The notes: generated by a model not told the origin, from the sequence alone. DNA of 63,545 nt from a virus (IMGVR_UViG_3300022555_000017:64001-127545), one strand, 5' to 3'. Shown: positions 1-10,642, numbered from the stretch's first letter. Program-made: numbers and translations.

Positions 1-496
1 CATCATATATATGGCTATCATGTATCTGAGTGCATATTTCTTGAACTGTTTCAATATGATTTTCTTTTTCATCTTTATCAATATACTTTAATATATCTTC
101 ATAGTTAAATGATTTTTGAACATAAGATGCTTCATTTGTCATTATAGATTCATTATATCCCTTATAACAAAGGTCTTTTATTACACCATGTTTATTTTGT
201 TCTTTAATATAAAGTTTGAATGAATTGTTATAGATTTGTGTTATGTATGCGAATGCATTTGTAGATTTTTCAGGATCGAAATTTTTTAGATATTTAAGGC
301 AAGTCAATATGGCTTCAGATACCATATCTCGTCTCCAAGTATAACTAGAAAAATTGCCTTTAGATGAAAAGTTCTCAGCAACCATTAAGAGCATTGATCC
401 TAAGTTTTCAGATGCCCTACCTGTTTCTCTATATAATATTACCTCTTTAAGTAATTCATCATTACTTATATAATACTTACCTCTTTTACGACTCAA
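1..496 (-). CDS. gp55: Late-transcription sigma factor, T4 gp55-like; 3' end runs off the window; absent from the ORF track
   Basis: Translated by hand from TTG at 496, with GGTGG upstream: MSRKRGKYYISNDELLKEV...AENFSSKGNFSSYTWRRDMVSEAILTCLKYLKNFDPEKSTNAFAYITQI...; NF-x-x-YT, DM and NFDPEKSxNxFAYxTQI are hallmark gp55 motifs. The frame is open to position 1. Confidence 0.92.
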   Translation of the reverse strand, partial: MSRKRGKYYISNDELLKEVILYRETGRASENLGSMLLMVAENFSSKGNFSSYTWRRDMVSEAILTCLKYLKNFDPEKSTNAFAYITQIYNNSFKLYIKEQNKHGVIKDLCYKGYNESIMTNEASYVQKSFNYEDILKYIDKDEKENHIETVQEICTQIHDSHIYD

Positions 497-517
497 TTTA
501 ACCCACCTTTACATTTT

Positions 518-553
518 TATTTATATTTTAACAGAGTATGGGGTAATTGTAAA
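518..553 (-). promoter_or_regulatory. Overlapping sigma70-type promoter (TTTACA-17-TAAAAT, 553-525) and T4-type late box TATAAATA (525-518) upstream of gp55
   Basis: The minus strand reads GTTTACAattaccccatactctgtTAAAATATAAATA, about 20 nt upstream of the gp55 start. Confidence 0.65.
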
Positions 554-904
554 CTAATTTTTTATATTTTTTTCAATCTCATTTTTTATTTTAGCAAACA
601 TATCATTTGCTTCAAAATAATTCATTTTAATTTTTGTTATCAATCGTTCATTAATTTTTATATCACTTAACTCACAACCTTCGCTTAAACAGAAATCAAA
701 CTTATACTTACCGCCATATATAGTTTTTAACTCTTTATTTAAGTCATCTATAATGATTTGAGAATCAATATTATACTTTTCATTAATATAAGATATAATT
801 TCATCATACCTAGTTTTAGTATCAACTAGCTTGATACTTAATGCTCTAAAAATATTTGTGTTCTCATCAAAACCGGAGTATGATAAATAGTTTAGTAATC
901 TCAT
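554..904 (-). CDS. Hypothetical protein, 116 aa
   Basis: ORF is colinear with its neighbours and has AGGA upstream; no recognisable motif. Confidence 0.65.
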   Translation of the reverse strand: MRLLNYLSYSGFDENTNIFRALSIKLVDTKTRYDEIISYINEKYNIDSQIIIDDLNKELKTIYGGKYKFDFCLSEGCELSDIKINERLITKIKMNYFEANDMFAKIKNEIEKNIKN

Positions 905-908
905 TTTA

Positions 909-1580
909 TTATCCTATAAGAGTAATATGCGTATCGTCATCGCTTATCCTGCAATAAATTAAATTATTTCCATCAAGGGATTGTAAATATGTAGTGCAAC
1001 CACCAGATAAAACATCTGTTTCTGTTGTCCAGCTACCATCAATACTAACATATGACGTATATACTGGATAATTGTTATTCAAATTATGCTGAAGTGTGCA
1101 TTTATATATACCATCTTCGTCCAATGTAAGTTTCAATGTTTCAGTTGATATAGTTGAGCCCACTAAAGCCTTATATACACCGGCCTTAGATTCCCACCTA
1201 TATGCCAACTCATTACTAATCATTTTATTTTTTGCTAAATCAGTACCAGAGTTATCTGTTTCATCCACTTCAGCTGATGGAACTATAATATCAACATAAT
1301 CAACCGTTCCTTCATCTATAACACCAGCTTTAGACCATTTTATCTTAAACTTTCCACTTGCATATCCATTTGTTTCAGATGAATCAGCTATCCAAAATTC
1401 AAAATAACCATTCTCATCTGTTGAAATTTGCGGTAATGTATTTGTTGCCGAACCGCCATTTTCTGATGTATATACATATGCGGCAGTTGAAGAATTTGCA
1501 ACATATACTGATATATCAACTCCATTTATAGGTTGCCCTTCTTCATTACTGATATATTCCCAATGATGCGCACGAGCCAT
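909..1580 (-). CDS. Probable virion structural protein (fibre or baseplate associated)
   Basis: Beta-rich N-terminus (ISTDENGYFEFW) and one HNL-type repeat (TLQHNLNNNYP) like those in the upstream gene; GGAGA RBS. Confidence 0.55.
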   Translation of the reverse strand: MARAHHWEYISNEEGQPINGVDISVYVANSSTAAYVYTSENGGSATNTLPQISTDENGYFEFWIADSSETNGYASGKFKIKWSKAGVIDEGTVDYVDIIVPSAEVDETDNSGTDLAKNKMISNELAYRWESKAGVYKALVGSTISTETLKLTLDEDGIYKCTLQHNLNNNYPVYTSYVSIDGSWTTETDVLSGGCTTYLQSLDGNNLIYCRISDDDTHITLIG

Positions 1581-1594
1581 AATGTAATCTCCTT

Positions 1595-4516
1595 TTATCT
1601 CATATCTTTCTTAACACGATACCATATTGTAAATGTAACATTATCAGGTTTAAATATTAAATCGCAATAAGTGTAAAATACTATATTATTATTTATATCA
1701 AACAGACCAATTTCATAAATGTTCATATCTCTATCATCATCGACATTTATTTCAAAATAGAAAAATTCATTATCACTCTTTCTTCTTACTATAGGATACT
1801 GCCCATATGATTTTTCCATACCATGATTACTTTCTGGATTCCATTTTCTACCAGATGTACCATATCCAACTTCAGCATAAGTCACATTATTAATAATACC
1901 TGTCATATCTGTTGGAGAAATACCTATCTTTCGTATAATAGCCGTTCCTGTTATTGAAGAGCCAAAAACAACAGTACATGAATTTGCATTATCAATAGTA
2001 AAAGTTTTTGGATAAACTATATAACCATCTTCATCATAAAACTGTGCTTGTATAGCATTAGCATTCAGTCCATGATATATATTCCATGTAGTTGAAGCAC
2101 TATCTCTTACATATCGTGACAAATCGGTATCAAATCTTGTTGCTGTATATGCAAAACCAGAATCGGAATATGCTAAATTTACTAAATATTCGGTTTGACT
2201 ATCAGCAACTATTGATAAGGGTAAGAACTTGAATCTATCAACATCATCTGTCTGAACAATATTCCATTTCTCAGCATCGCCATCAAAATTTAATCCATGT
2301 GTAACTGTCCATTGAATAGCATCAGATGCTTGTTCTAATGTAAATTCCGATACAGTTAAATAAGCAAATCCAGCAGTAGGTGTCGCAAATGTTATTTTAA
2401 TTCTGTTTGCATCAATATTCTCAATAGATTTAGGTTCAAACATAACTTGCCCTAAAGTAAAACATTGTGTAATAATATTAGTTGAATTTAAATCATGTTT
2501 TATAATCCATGCTAACGAATTTGAGAATGACGCATATACTAAGTTACCTTCTATACTACTCAATATAGGCTGATAACATTTAGAATACATTGCAGCTGCA
2601 TAGTTTCCTGTATATAGAGGTATATTTTTTCCTGTAAAGTCTGTAATAGGTGCAATCAATTCATAATAATGTGAAAATCTACTAACTGGCCTAAACTTTT
2701 CAAAGTTACTTATAAGAATAGTTATTAAATCTTCATTGATAATAAAATTTGTACCTAATGGCTCTCGGCTCAAATCCATTTCAACTTTATAATGAGGTGA
2801 TAAGCACAAACCGCCACTTACTTCTTTTGAATATGTGGGATACTCAATAATCTCAGTATTATCAAAAACTATAGCATTACCAGATGCTTCATAACTAAAT
2901 GTAATTAATAAACTATTTTTATCTAAGAATGTAATCTCATCTGGTACTTCAACCATATCATCAACTACAACTTGAACAATGGGATATTTTGTATTTAAAT
3001 CATGTTCAACAATCCAAGACGATGAGGCTGCTGAGGTCGAATATGTATATAATTGATTATCAATACCTATTACAGCTGAGCCATCAATAGGATTATCAAA
3101 ATAAACAGATAAATTATTTATATCATCAAAAATTATCCTATTAGGTACGATAGAATAATCAGTACTCGAAACTTGCGCCATAGGATATTTGACACCTAAA
3201 TTATGATTTATATGCCAAGTTGCTAAAGGTGTTCTCTGATCGAATTGATACCTATATGCGTTATTATCAGTTGTCATTGTAACTACTTTACCTGTTACAG
3301 CAGTATCAAAAGTTGCGACTAAATTATTTGAATCTGTAAAATATATCGAATCAGGTATAATAACCTGTTCATCATTATTTATAAACTGTGTAAAAATAAA
3401 CTGCTCATTATATCCGTGAGTTACTTTCCATTCGGTAGAAACATCTTCAAAATATGTTAAAGATACACCAGCATCATAATAATAACCAGCACCAGCGCCT
3501 AGTGATGGTGGCAATGTATTATAACTTGGATATGATATATATAAATAATCATCAAAATAATTCAGTGGGGAGCCAGAAACTTCCCAATCATGCCATCTTT
3601 CATAAATATTAAGATAATTTAATGTATTATAAGTTAAAATTTTCCATATAATAAACAAAGAAGTATAAGTTCCCTTTCTCTTTAAGAAGTCAGGCAACTT
3701 ACTCACATATTCTCTTTGTTCCTTTTCTGTAATTCGTTCTAATAAATTAACATCATACATATTAGAAATATAATATAGATAATCAAAATCAACTTCTGCT
3801 GGATCGGATAATGTCCATATATTCTTTAATAAGTTATAGTTCTTACTGAAAACCCTATCAAAATATAGCTCTAAAAATCTAGCCATTAACATATTATACA
3901 CATCATACTTATAACCATTTGCTGTGTCTATTACCACTTTGGACTTATCACTACCTCTATTATTATAAGGCAAGGCATTAACGACAAAATCCTTAAAAGT
4001 ATCTATAATAATATCAATTCTATTAGTTGCTGATATATATAACTTGCCAATATAATAGTATAACTTATTTGTATTTAAGTAATCAGTATAATCTGTATTG
4101 CTATCAATATAATCATTAAACTGGCGGTCTTTCTTAAAATAAACTTCACAACCATTATTGTCTATCAAATCTTCAATAGTTAGTTCGCAAAATCTATATG
4201 CATCACTCTCGTAGTTGAAACTAAATATATTACCTATTGGTGTTCCACTTATAGGTGTTGCTTTTATTCTATAATATGTTCCTTCCACTTTAACATACAA
4301 CTCAACACCAAAACCATATTTTGCAATGATGCCCGACTTAGCACCTCTAAGTGAAACAGAAGAAGGATAATGATAGTTATGAGGTACTATTCTATTTCTT
4401 ATTATAGTTGATGGTATATTAGTATCTAAACTAGTAAGATTTTTATGTATATCATTATCTTCATCTGTAAAATAGTTACTTAATATAAAATAAGGTGTAT
4501 CAGAAAATTTTGCCAT
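1595..4516 (-). CDS. Baseplate wedge protein, gp7/P2 gpI-like, with six ~55-aa W-x3-H-(G/N/D)-L repeats
   Basis: Contains DPAEVDFDYLYYI...KRKGTYTSL (tail protein I type) and C-terminal IYEIGLFD...KP; lies directly after the gp6 paralogs; six repeats are visible in two blocks of three. Confidence 0.65.
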   Translation of the reverse strand: MAKFSDTPYFILSNYFTDEDNDIHKNLTSLDTNIPSTIIRNRIVPHNYHYPSSVSLRGAKSGIIAKYGFGVELYVKVEGTYYRIKATPISGTPIGNIFSFNYESDAYRFCELTIEDLIDNNGCEVYFKKDRQFNDYIDSNTDYTDYLNTNKLYYYIGKLYISATNRIDIIIDTFKDFVVNALPYNNRGSDKSKVVIDTANGYKYDVYNMLMARFLELYFDRVFSKNYNLLKNIWTLSDPAEVDFDYLYYISNMYDVNLLERITEKEQREYVSKLPDFLKRKGTYTSLFIIWKILTYNTLNYLNIYERWHDWEVSGSPLNYFDDYLYISYPSYNTLPPSLGAGAGYYYDAGVSLTYFEDVSTEWKVTHGYNEQFIFTQFINNDEQVIIPDSIYFTDSNNLVATFDTAVTGKVVTMTTDNNAYRYQFDQRTPLATWHINHNLGVKYPMAQVSSTDYSIVPNRIIFDDINNLSVYFDNPIDGSAVIGIDNQLYTYSTSAASSSWIVEHDLNTKYPIVQVVVDDMVEVPDEITFLDKNSLLITFSYEASGNAIVFDNTEIIEYPTYSKEVSGGLCLSPHYKVEMDLSREPLGTNFIINEDLITILISNFEKFRPVSRFSHYYELIAPITDFTGKNIPLYTGNYAAAMYSKCYQPILSSIEGNLVYASFSNSLAWIIKHDLNSTNIITQCFTLGQVMFEPKSIENIDANRIKITFATPTAGFAYLTVSEFTLEQASDAIQWTVTHGLNFDGDAEKWNIVQTDDVDRFKFLPLSIVADSQTEYLVNLAYSDSGFAYTATRFDTDLSRYVRDSASTTWNIYHGLNANAIQAQFYDEDGYIVYPKTFTIDNANSCTVVFGSSITGTAIIRKIGISPTDMTGIINNVTYAEVGYGTSGRKWNPESNHGMEKSYGQYPIVRRKSDNEFFYFEINVDDDRDMNIYEIGLFDINNNIVFYTYCDLIFKPDNVTFTIWYRVKKDMR

Positions 4517-7272
4517 TATCCTTCCTCTGTAAATGTGCAGTTATCTATTAGAACTTGCGGAAATTGATTATTACCCAACTCTATATCTCTAAGTTTATTA
4601 TATCCATTATGAGTTATCTTATCTACAGTATATTTAGGAAAACCAATAAAGTTTCTTAAAACCATACCAAAACAATCACCTGCCTGAACATCAGTCACAC
4701 CGTAATCTATGATTTTTACGGGATCAAATATATCATCATTACTATTATTACCTAGTTGCCCGTAAGCATTCCAACCCCATGACCAAACAGCACCTTCAGT
4801 ATCAAGGCCAAAAAAACTAACACTATTACTACAAACTGCAACATTTGTAAAACTAACATCCATAACTGTTGCAACCGGACTTAATGTTGGTGGAGCCATA
4901 ATATCAATATCCATACCCCAAGTATATACATTATCTTCCGATATACCAATAGAACATCCCAATCCGCAAGCTACATCCTTAAAACTTAAAGTTGATAGAA
5001 CAGCAACTGGACTTGAACGACTATTTGTAGTACCATCGCCTAACTGACCTTTATCATTATAACCCCACGCCCAAAGTGAACCATCTGAACTACGAATACC
5101 TATAATATGATCCATGCCAACAGATATTTTACTGAATTGTATTCCGCCTAAAATCAAAGATGGTATTGAAGTATCAATATTTGTAAAATTAGCTAGCTGA
5201 CCATAATTATTAGCACCCCATGCCCAAACTTCTCCATTATTATCAAGTCCATATGAAGATGTATAACCAGCTATGACCTGAACCAAACTTGCACTACATG
5301 ATACTAATACAGGGCTTGAACAACTATTACCACTTGTATTATTTCCAAACTGTCCATATGTATTATCACCCCACGCCCATAGCGAACTATCTGAACCATT
5401 AATACCTAAACTATGCATACCGCCAACAGAAATATCACTAAAACTAATATTACCTTTTACAAAAACAGGACTTATTCTATCAATTACAGTACCATCTCCT
5501 AATTGGCCAAACATATTGTTACCCCAAGCCCATGCTGTACCATCCTCTTTTAAACCGATGGAATATACACCGAATGTTGATATTTTAGAAAAATTATCGG
5601 TATCAGCTAACAATACTGGTATAGACCTATCAGCCCAGTTTATATCATTATTGCCTAACTGCTTAGTATTATTCATACCCCATGCCCAAACAGCACCAGT
5701 AGTATTAGGTTCATATATAATATTTGCATTTACATCTCTAAACATTATATACTGAACTCCTTTTATATATGTAAAGTTATCAGTAGGCGAAACTTTACTT
5801 GTATCCATTAAATAGTCTATTATATCTGTCAACTTAATTGTTTCATTAAAACTTCTATTAACATAGTTAAAATAGTATTCTAACTTATTCTTCACTGCTT
5901 CTTCTACTAAAGCAAAAGAATATGTACGTTTAGGCTTTATACCAATATCAAAAGAAAAATATACAAGATCAGGTACTTCATATTGTTCATAGATACATAT
6001 AACCTTTCTAGGTTCAAGATACTTAGCTAAATCCGTTTTATATTCATCAGCATATAAGGTTGGAGTCAAAGAGCCATCAGCATTTGTAGTCTTATTAATC
6101 GTAGTAGTTCCCCATGTATCAGGTATAACAGAAATATAAACTTTATTATACTCTAAAATTGAGCCAGATGGTGTCACACTTTGCTGGCCCCATGCATTTG
6201 CAGCAATAACATTATCCTTCTCTTCAAGAAACTTTACATAATCATAAGATGTGACATCTCTAAACTGGTCATACATACTGCCAACAGAGTTTATTTTAAT
6301 ATCAGCAATACTTTCAGGACTTAGGCCACCTGTTGCGGAACTATGAGTAGTAATAACATAATTAGCATTATTTCCAGAGCCAGTTTCAAGATATGAAGTT
6401 TTTGTAGTGTTATAAATAAAATTAATAGGTAACTTAGTTACCACATTATTAGATACATTACCATTTTCACCCAAAGATTCTAATAAAGTTATAGAAATTG
6501 TACTATATGTTTCAGGTAAATTATTAGAACTTGAAAACTCTACAACATAGTTTTGATACTTATTATACTTGAACATATAAATATTATCTCTGATACTTAA
6601 ACCAGATATAGTATCATAGAAATTTTCAACTCTTGCCCAAGTTACGTCATCTACTTTTACTTCCATACAAGGATATACATTAGTTAAGTCATCATCATAG
6701 TCAAACTGTAAATAAGGTAAGTATATTTTATTGTCTATCAAATCAATACCTGTAAACGTATATGTATGAACTTTACCTTGCCTTACTGGAACAGAAAAAC
6801 TAAAAGGTACGGCTGTAACTTGTACTGTAGTTGTTTCAATAGTAGAAAATCGTATATTATTACCTTCAGAATCTTTAACATTCAAACCAGTATCGGGATT
6901 ACATTCTATTTCAACCCAAGCAGGAATGGTAAGTGCATCATATAAACTAATCCCTGTTGATGCGCCAAGAGTAAATGTTAAATAAGTACTTGAAGATATA
7001 TAACCTTTTGGATTATAACCCCTAAGTCTTGATAACATATGTGTTGTTTCATATATATCAGATGAACTAAGATATTGGTTTTTTGCAACTTTATTAATAT
7101 GATACATTGTAAGCATATTAATATAAGAAACCAGTTCACTTAAAATTGTTATATTGTTTCCTTCTATGTTATAATCCTTATATATTGGATTAGAACTCAA
7201 TAAATCAAACAATCTCGTTCTCATTGTTTTATAATCAATATTTAAATAATCAGGTACTAATGTATTTGACAT
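4516..7272 (-). CDS. gp6: Baseplate wedge subunit gp6-like (paralog A) with ~7 inserted RCC1 repeats
   Basis: gp6-type N-terminus (DYNIEGNNITILSELVSY...LSRLRGYNPK) and RDVTSYDY motif, followed by W-x-WG-x-N-x2-GQLG repeats from ~5700 to ~4660. Confidence 0.88.
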   Translation of the reverse strand: MSNTLVPDYLNIDYKTMRTRLFDLLSSNPIYKDYNIEGNNITILSELVSYINMLTMYHINKVAKNQYLSSSDIYETTHMLSRLRGYNPKGYISSSTYLTFTLGASTGISLYDALTIPAWVEIECNPDTGLNVKDSEGNNIRFSTIETTTVQVTAVPFSFSVPVRQGKVHTYTFTGIDLIDNKIYLPYLQFDYDDDLTNVYPCMEVKVDDVTWARVENFYDTISGLSIRDNIYMFKYNKYQNYVVEFSSSNNLPETYSTISITLLESLGENGNVSNNVVTKLPINFIYNTTKTSYLETGSGNNANYVITTHSSATGGLSPESIADIKINSVGSMYDQFRDVTSYDYVKFLEEKDNVIAANAWGQQSVTPSGSILEYNKVYISVIPDTWGTTTINKTTNADGSLTPTLYADEYKTDLAKYLEPRKVICIYEQYEVPDLVYFSFDIGIKPKRTYSFALVEEAVKNKLEYYFNYVNRSFNETIKLTDIIDYLMDTSKVSPTDNFTYIKGVQYIMFRDVNANIIYEPNTTGAVWAWGMNNTKQLGNNDINWADRSIPVLLADTDNFSKISTFGVYSIGLKEDGTAWAWGNNMFGQLGDGTVIDRISPVFVKGNISFSDISVGGMHSLGINGSDSSLWAWGDNTYGQFGNNTSGNSCSSPVLVSCSASLVQVIAGYTSSYGLDNNGEVWAWGANNYGQLANFTNIDTSIPSLILGGIQFSKISVGMDHIIGIRSSDGSLWAWGYNDKGQLGDGTTNSRSSPVAVLSTLSFKDVACGLGCSIGISEDNVYTWGMDIDIMAPPTLSPVATVMDVSFTNVAVCSNSVSFFGLDTEGAVWSWGWNAYGQLGNNSNDDIFDPVKIIDYGVTDVQAGDCFGMVLRNFIGFPKYTVDKITHNGYNKLRDIELGNNQFPQVLIDNCTFTEEG

Positions 7273-7293
7273 AGTTATCTTATTTCCTCTATA

Positions 7294-10218
7294 TTATTCT
7301 TCTTCTATAAATGTGCAATAATCAATTAAAATATTTGGAAACTGACTTTTATCTAAAGCTATATCTCTAAGCTTGTTGTTTCCGGTATAAGTAGATTCAT
7401 TAACAGTATATTTGGGAAACTCGGTTACGGTATCCTTTAGAGCTGCTACAAAATTAAATCCTATAGTAAGATTATTAACACCAGTAAAACCAGCTATACC
7501 TACCGGACTTTGATATGATATAATACTATTATTACCTAACTGGCCATTTGTATTATTACCCCATGCCCACAAAGAAGTATCAGAACCCCGAATACCCATT
7601 GTTGTATAAAAGTTATTCATTTTTATATCCTTAAAACTTATACCACCTTGAACAGAAACAGGGCTTGAATAATTCGTAGCATTACCAGTACCTAAGTTGC
7701 CTTGAGGATTATAGCCCCATGACCAAGCAGAGCCATCTAAACCATTTATAGCAAAACAACTTGCACCATCAGTTATAAACTTTGTATAACTACGATTTCC
7801 TATTACTGAAACAGGATTTGATTGACTGCCTATAGTCCCATTACCTAACTGGCCATAATTATTAGCACCCCAAGTCCATAAATTCCCTGTTTCATTTTCA
7901 ATACCGCCAATAGAATTCAACTGACTAAATTGTATTCCTCCAGCTACAGAAATAGGGCTTGAATAGTTATCAGTAGTATTATTTCCTAACTGGCCAAATG
8001 TATTATCGCCCCATGCCCAAGCAGTTAAAGTGAGAAGATTCAAACCATATACATAGTTATTATCTACAACTATCTGCTTATAACTTATGCCGCCAAGAAC
8101 TGAAACTGGCCTTGATTTATCTATTGTTGTGCCATCACCTAATTGCCCATAAGTATTCAATCCCCATGACCATGCTTGATTACTCTTAGACAAACCAATA
8201 ACAAAATTATTACCATTAATATATAATTTTTTATATTTATTACCGCCAAGAACTGAGGTAGGACTTGACCTATCATTATAATCACCAACACCTAATTGTC
8301 CATTTGTATTATATCCCCACGCCCAAGCAGTATCATCAGACATACGAATGCCTATGGCAGTTTTACCATCACAAAAAATATCACTAAAAATAATATTCCC
8401 TATGACAGAAACAGGGCTTACTTTGTTAGTAATAGTCCCATCACCTAGCTGCCCTTTATCATTTTGGCCCCATGACCATAATGTACCATCTTCTTTTAAT
8501 CCATAAATGGAATTACTGTTTGATACAATCTTTGTAAAGCTCAAATTATTATGTATAACAACTGGCGAATGAACTTCTGCCCAATTAGAATCATTATTAC
8601 CTAACTGCCCATATGTATTATCACCCCAAGTCCAAGCCATATTATTTGAATCAGGCTCAGATATTGTAACACTATCTATATCTATATCTCTAACTAAAAG
8701 ATATTGTATTCCCTTTACATTAGAAAATGTTTCAGTTAAAGATATATTATTTGTATTCAATATATACTCAATTATATCAGTAATCTTTATCGTTTCTTGA
8801 AAACTACGATTATACTTTGAAAAATAATAATTCAACTTACTTTTAACATCAGCCTCAACTAAACTGAAAGAATATGATGGCTTTACCTTTATGCCTATTT
8901 TGATTATAAAATTTAATATATCAGGTAAAACATAAGTATCATATGTTGAAATTATTTTTCTTGTTGCTAAATATTCTGTTAGTTTTCTCTTGTAATCTTC
9001 TGAATATATAATAGGTATAACTTCATGACCTGATTCATCTTGTGAAATACTTATAGTTCCTGTACCCCATTCATCAGGTATAACAGTAATAAAAATTTTG
9101 TTATAATCTCCAGTATTACCTAATGGCGATTCTTCCATCTCACCCCAAACACTTGCAGCAACAACATCAGTTCTTTGCTCAAGATGCTTAATATAATCAA
9201 TAGAAGTAACATTTCTAAACTGTGAATGAAATGTGCCACTTGAATTATCTTTCATATCCTTTATAAGTTCAGGGTCAACACCACCAGTTGCGGCGGTATG
9301 GGTAATAGTTACATAATCAGAATCAATAGTATTGCCATTAGTAAGATATGCTAATGTTGTTATATTATAAATAAACTCCGTATTTACAGGATTTATTATA
9401 GTATTTTCTTCAACATTTCCTTTCTTACCATATGATTCTAATACCTTTACAATAATTTTATCTGTGGGTTTAGGAACACCACTTGATACTAAAAATTCAA
9501 TAGAATATGTTTGATACTTGTCAAACTTAAACATATAAATATTACTTTCATTTAATAGACCTGTAACTTCATTATAAAAATTATTCACTCTAACCCAAAT
9601 ATCATTTCCAACTTGAACTTCAATAGATGGCAGATCATCATTCAAATCATTATCATAATCAAAGTTTAATGAAGGTAAATATAACTTATTATCTGATAGG
9701 TCTAATCCTGTATAGCTATATGTTTTAACTTCACCTTGCTTTACTGGAACTTGAAATGCGAATGGAAAAGAATCTTCTGTAATTGAAACAGTTGTAGTAG
9801 TTGTAGTGGTAAACTTTACTAGGTTCCCATCTTCGTTTTTCTCTGTAGATTCAATTTCTGTCCAAGCAGGAATAGTAAGTGTATCATATACAACTGCACC
9901 CGCTGATGGCCCAACACTTATTGTTAATGTTGTATTAGAAGATACATAACCTTTTGGCTCATATCCTTTAAGACTTGATAACATATGTGTTGTTTCATAT
10001 ATATCAGACGTATCAATATAATGATTTTTTACAACCTTATTAATATAAAAAGATGATATAGAACCAGCATATGAAACTAGTTCATCCAAAATAGCTAAAT
10101 TATTACCATCTTTCAAATAATCCTTAAACACCATATCATTACTAAGAACATTTAAAAAATCACTTTTAATTATATCAAAAGTCTTATCAAAATATTCAGG
10201 TACTAAATCATTTGACAT
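7294..10218 (-). CDS. gp6: Baseplate wedge subunit gp6-like (paralog B) with ~8 inserted RCC1 repeats
   Basis: Colinear homolog of 4516..7272 (YETTHMLS, RNVTSIDY, FPKYTV...NKLRDI); eight WxWGxNxxG(Q/N)LG motifs from ~8645 to ~7430. Confidence 0.88.
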   Translation of the reverse strand: MSNDLVPEYFDKTFDIIKSDFLNVLSNDMVFKDYLKDGNNLAILDELVSYAGSISSFYINKVVKNHYIDTSDIYETTHMLSSLKGYEPKGYVSSNTTLTISVGPSAGAVVYDTLTIPAWTEIESTEKNEDGNLVKFTTTTTTTVSITEDSFPFAFQVPVKQGEVKTYSYTGLDLSDNKLYLPSLNFDYDNDLNDDLPSIEVQVGNDIWVRVNNFYNEVTGLLNESNIYMFKFDKYQTYSIEFLVSSGVPKPTDKIIVKVLESYGKKGNVEENTIINPVNTEFIYNITTLAYLTNGNTIDSDYVTITHTAATGGVDPELIKDMKDNSSGTFHSQFRNVTSIDYIKHLEQRTDVVAASVWGEMEESPLGNTGDYNKIFITVIPDEWGTGTISISQDESGHEVIPIIYSEDYKRKLTEYLATRKIISTYDTYVLPDILNFIIKIGIKVKPSYSFSLVEADVKSKLNYYFSKYNRSFQETIKITDIIEYILNTNNISLTETFSNVKGIQYLLVRDIDIDSVTISEPDSNNMAWTWGDNTYGQLGNNDSNWAEVHSPVVIHNNLSFTKIVSNSNSIYGLKEDGTLWSWGQNDKGQLGDGTITNKVSPVSVIGNIIFSDIFCDGKTAIGIRMSDDTAWAWGYNTNGQLGVGDYNDRSSPTSVLGGNKYKKLYINGNNFVIGLSKSNQAWSWGLNTYGQLGDGTTIDKSRPVSVLGGISYKQIVVDNNYVYGLNLLTLTAWAWGDNTFGQLGNNTTDNYSSPISVAGGIQFSQLNSIGGIENETGNLWTWGANNYGQLGNGTIGSQSNPVSVIGNRSYTKFITDGASCFAINGLDGSAWSWGYNPQGNLGTGNATNYSSPVSVQGGISFKDIKMNNFYTTMGIRGSDTSLWAWGNNTNGQLGNNSIISYQSPVGIAGFTGVNNLTIGFNFVAALKDTVTEFPKYTVNESTYTGNNKLRDIALDKSQFPNILIDYCTFIEEE

Positions 10219-10221
10219 ATA

Positions 10222-10617
10222 TTATCCTCTTTTAAGAATTGTGGTAACAGAATATATATTACTGGAACTTATAGAACCTACGATAGAAAAATTAACGGTT
10301 ACTTCATATTGGTTATTATCATAATTTGATTGAACATTCAAATTTTCTATTTTAATTCTTTTTTCCCATGTTTGAATTGATGATAAAAATTCAGAACCAA
10401 TTCTTCTAGCTGTTATATCGTCCATTGGCTCAAATAATAACTTATAAAAATTACTACCAAACTCAGGTAACATTCTTCTGCTACCCATCATTGTTGTCAT
10501 TATATTTTTTAATGAGTTTCTAATGGAATCTATATCAGTATTTAACTCAACATCACCATCGTTTTGTCTGAATAGATCGCCATTAAAATCTGAATACATA
10601 TAATCTTTAGTTGCCAT
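10222..10617 (-). CDS. gp25: Baseplate wedge subunit gp25
   Basis: SIRNSLKNIMTT-x2-G-x-R-x3-PEFGS-x5-LFEP and WEKRI motifs of the GPW/gp25 family. Confidence 0.93.
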   Translation of the reverse strand: MATKDYMYSDFNGDLFRQNDGDVELNTDIDSIRNSLKNIMTTMMGSRRMLPEFGSNFYKLLFEPMDDITARRIGSEFLSSIQTWEKRIKIENLNVQSNYDNNQYEVTVNFSIVGSISSSNIYSVTTILKRG

Positions 10618-10634
10618 TTTTATTTCCTCTTATG

Positions 10635-10642
10635 TATTTATA
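10635..10642 (-). promoter_or_regulatory. T4-type late promoter box TATAAATA upstream of gp25
   Basis: Exact TATAAATA in the intergenic gap, 18 nt before the ATG. Confidence 0.65.
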
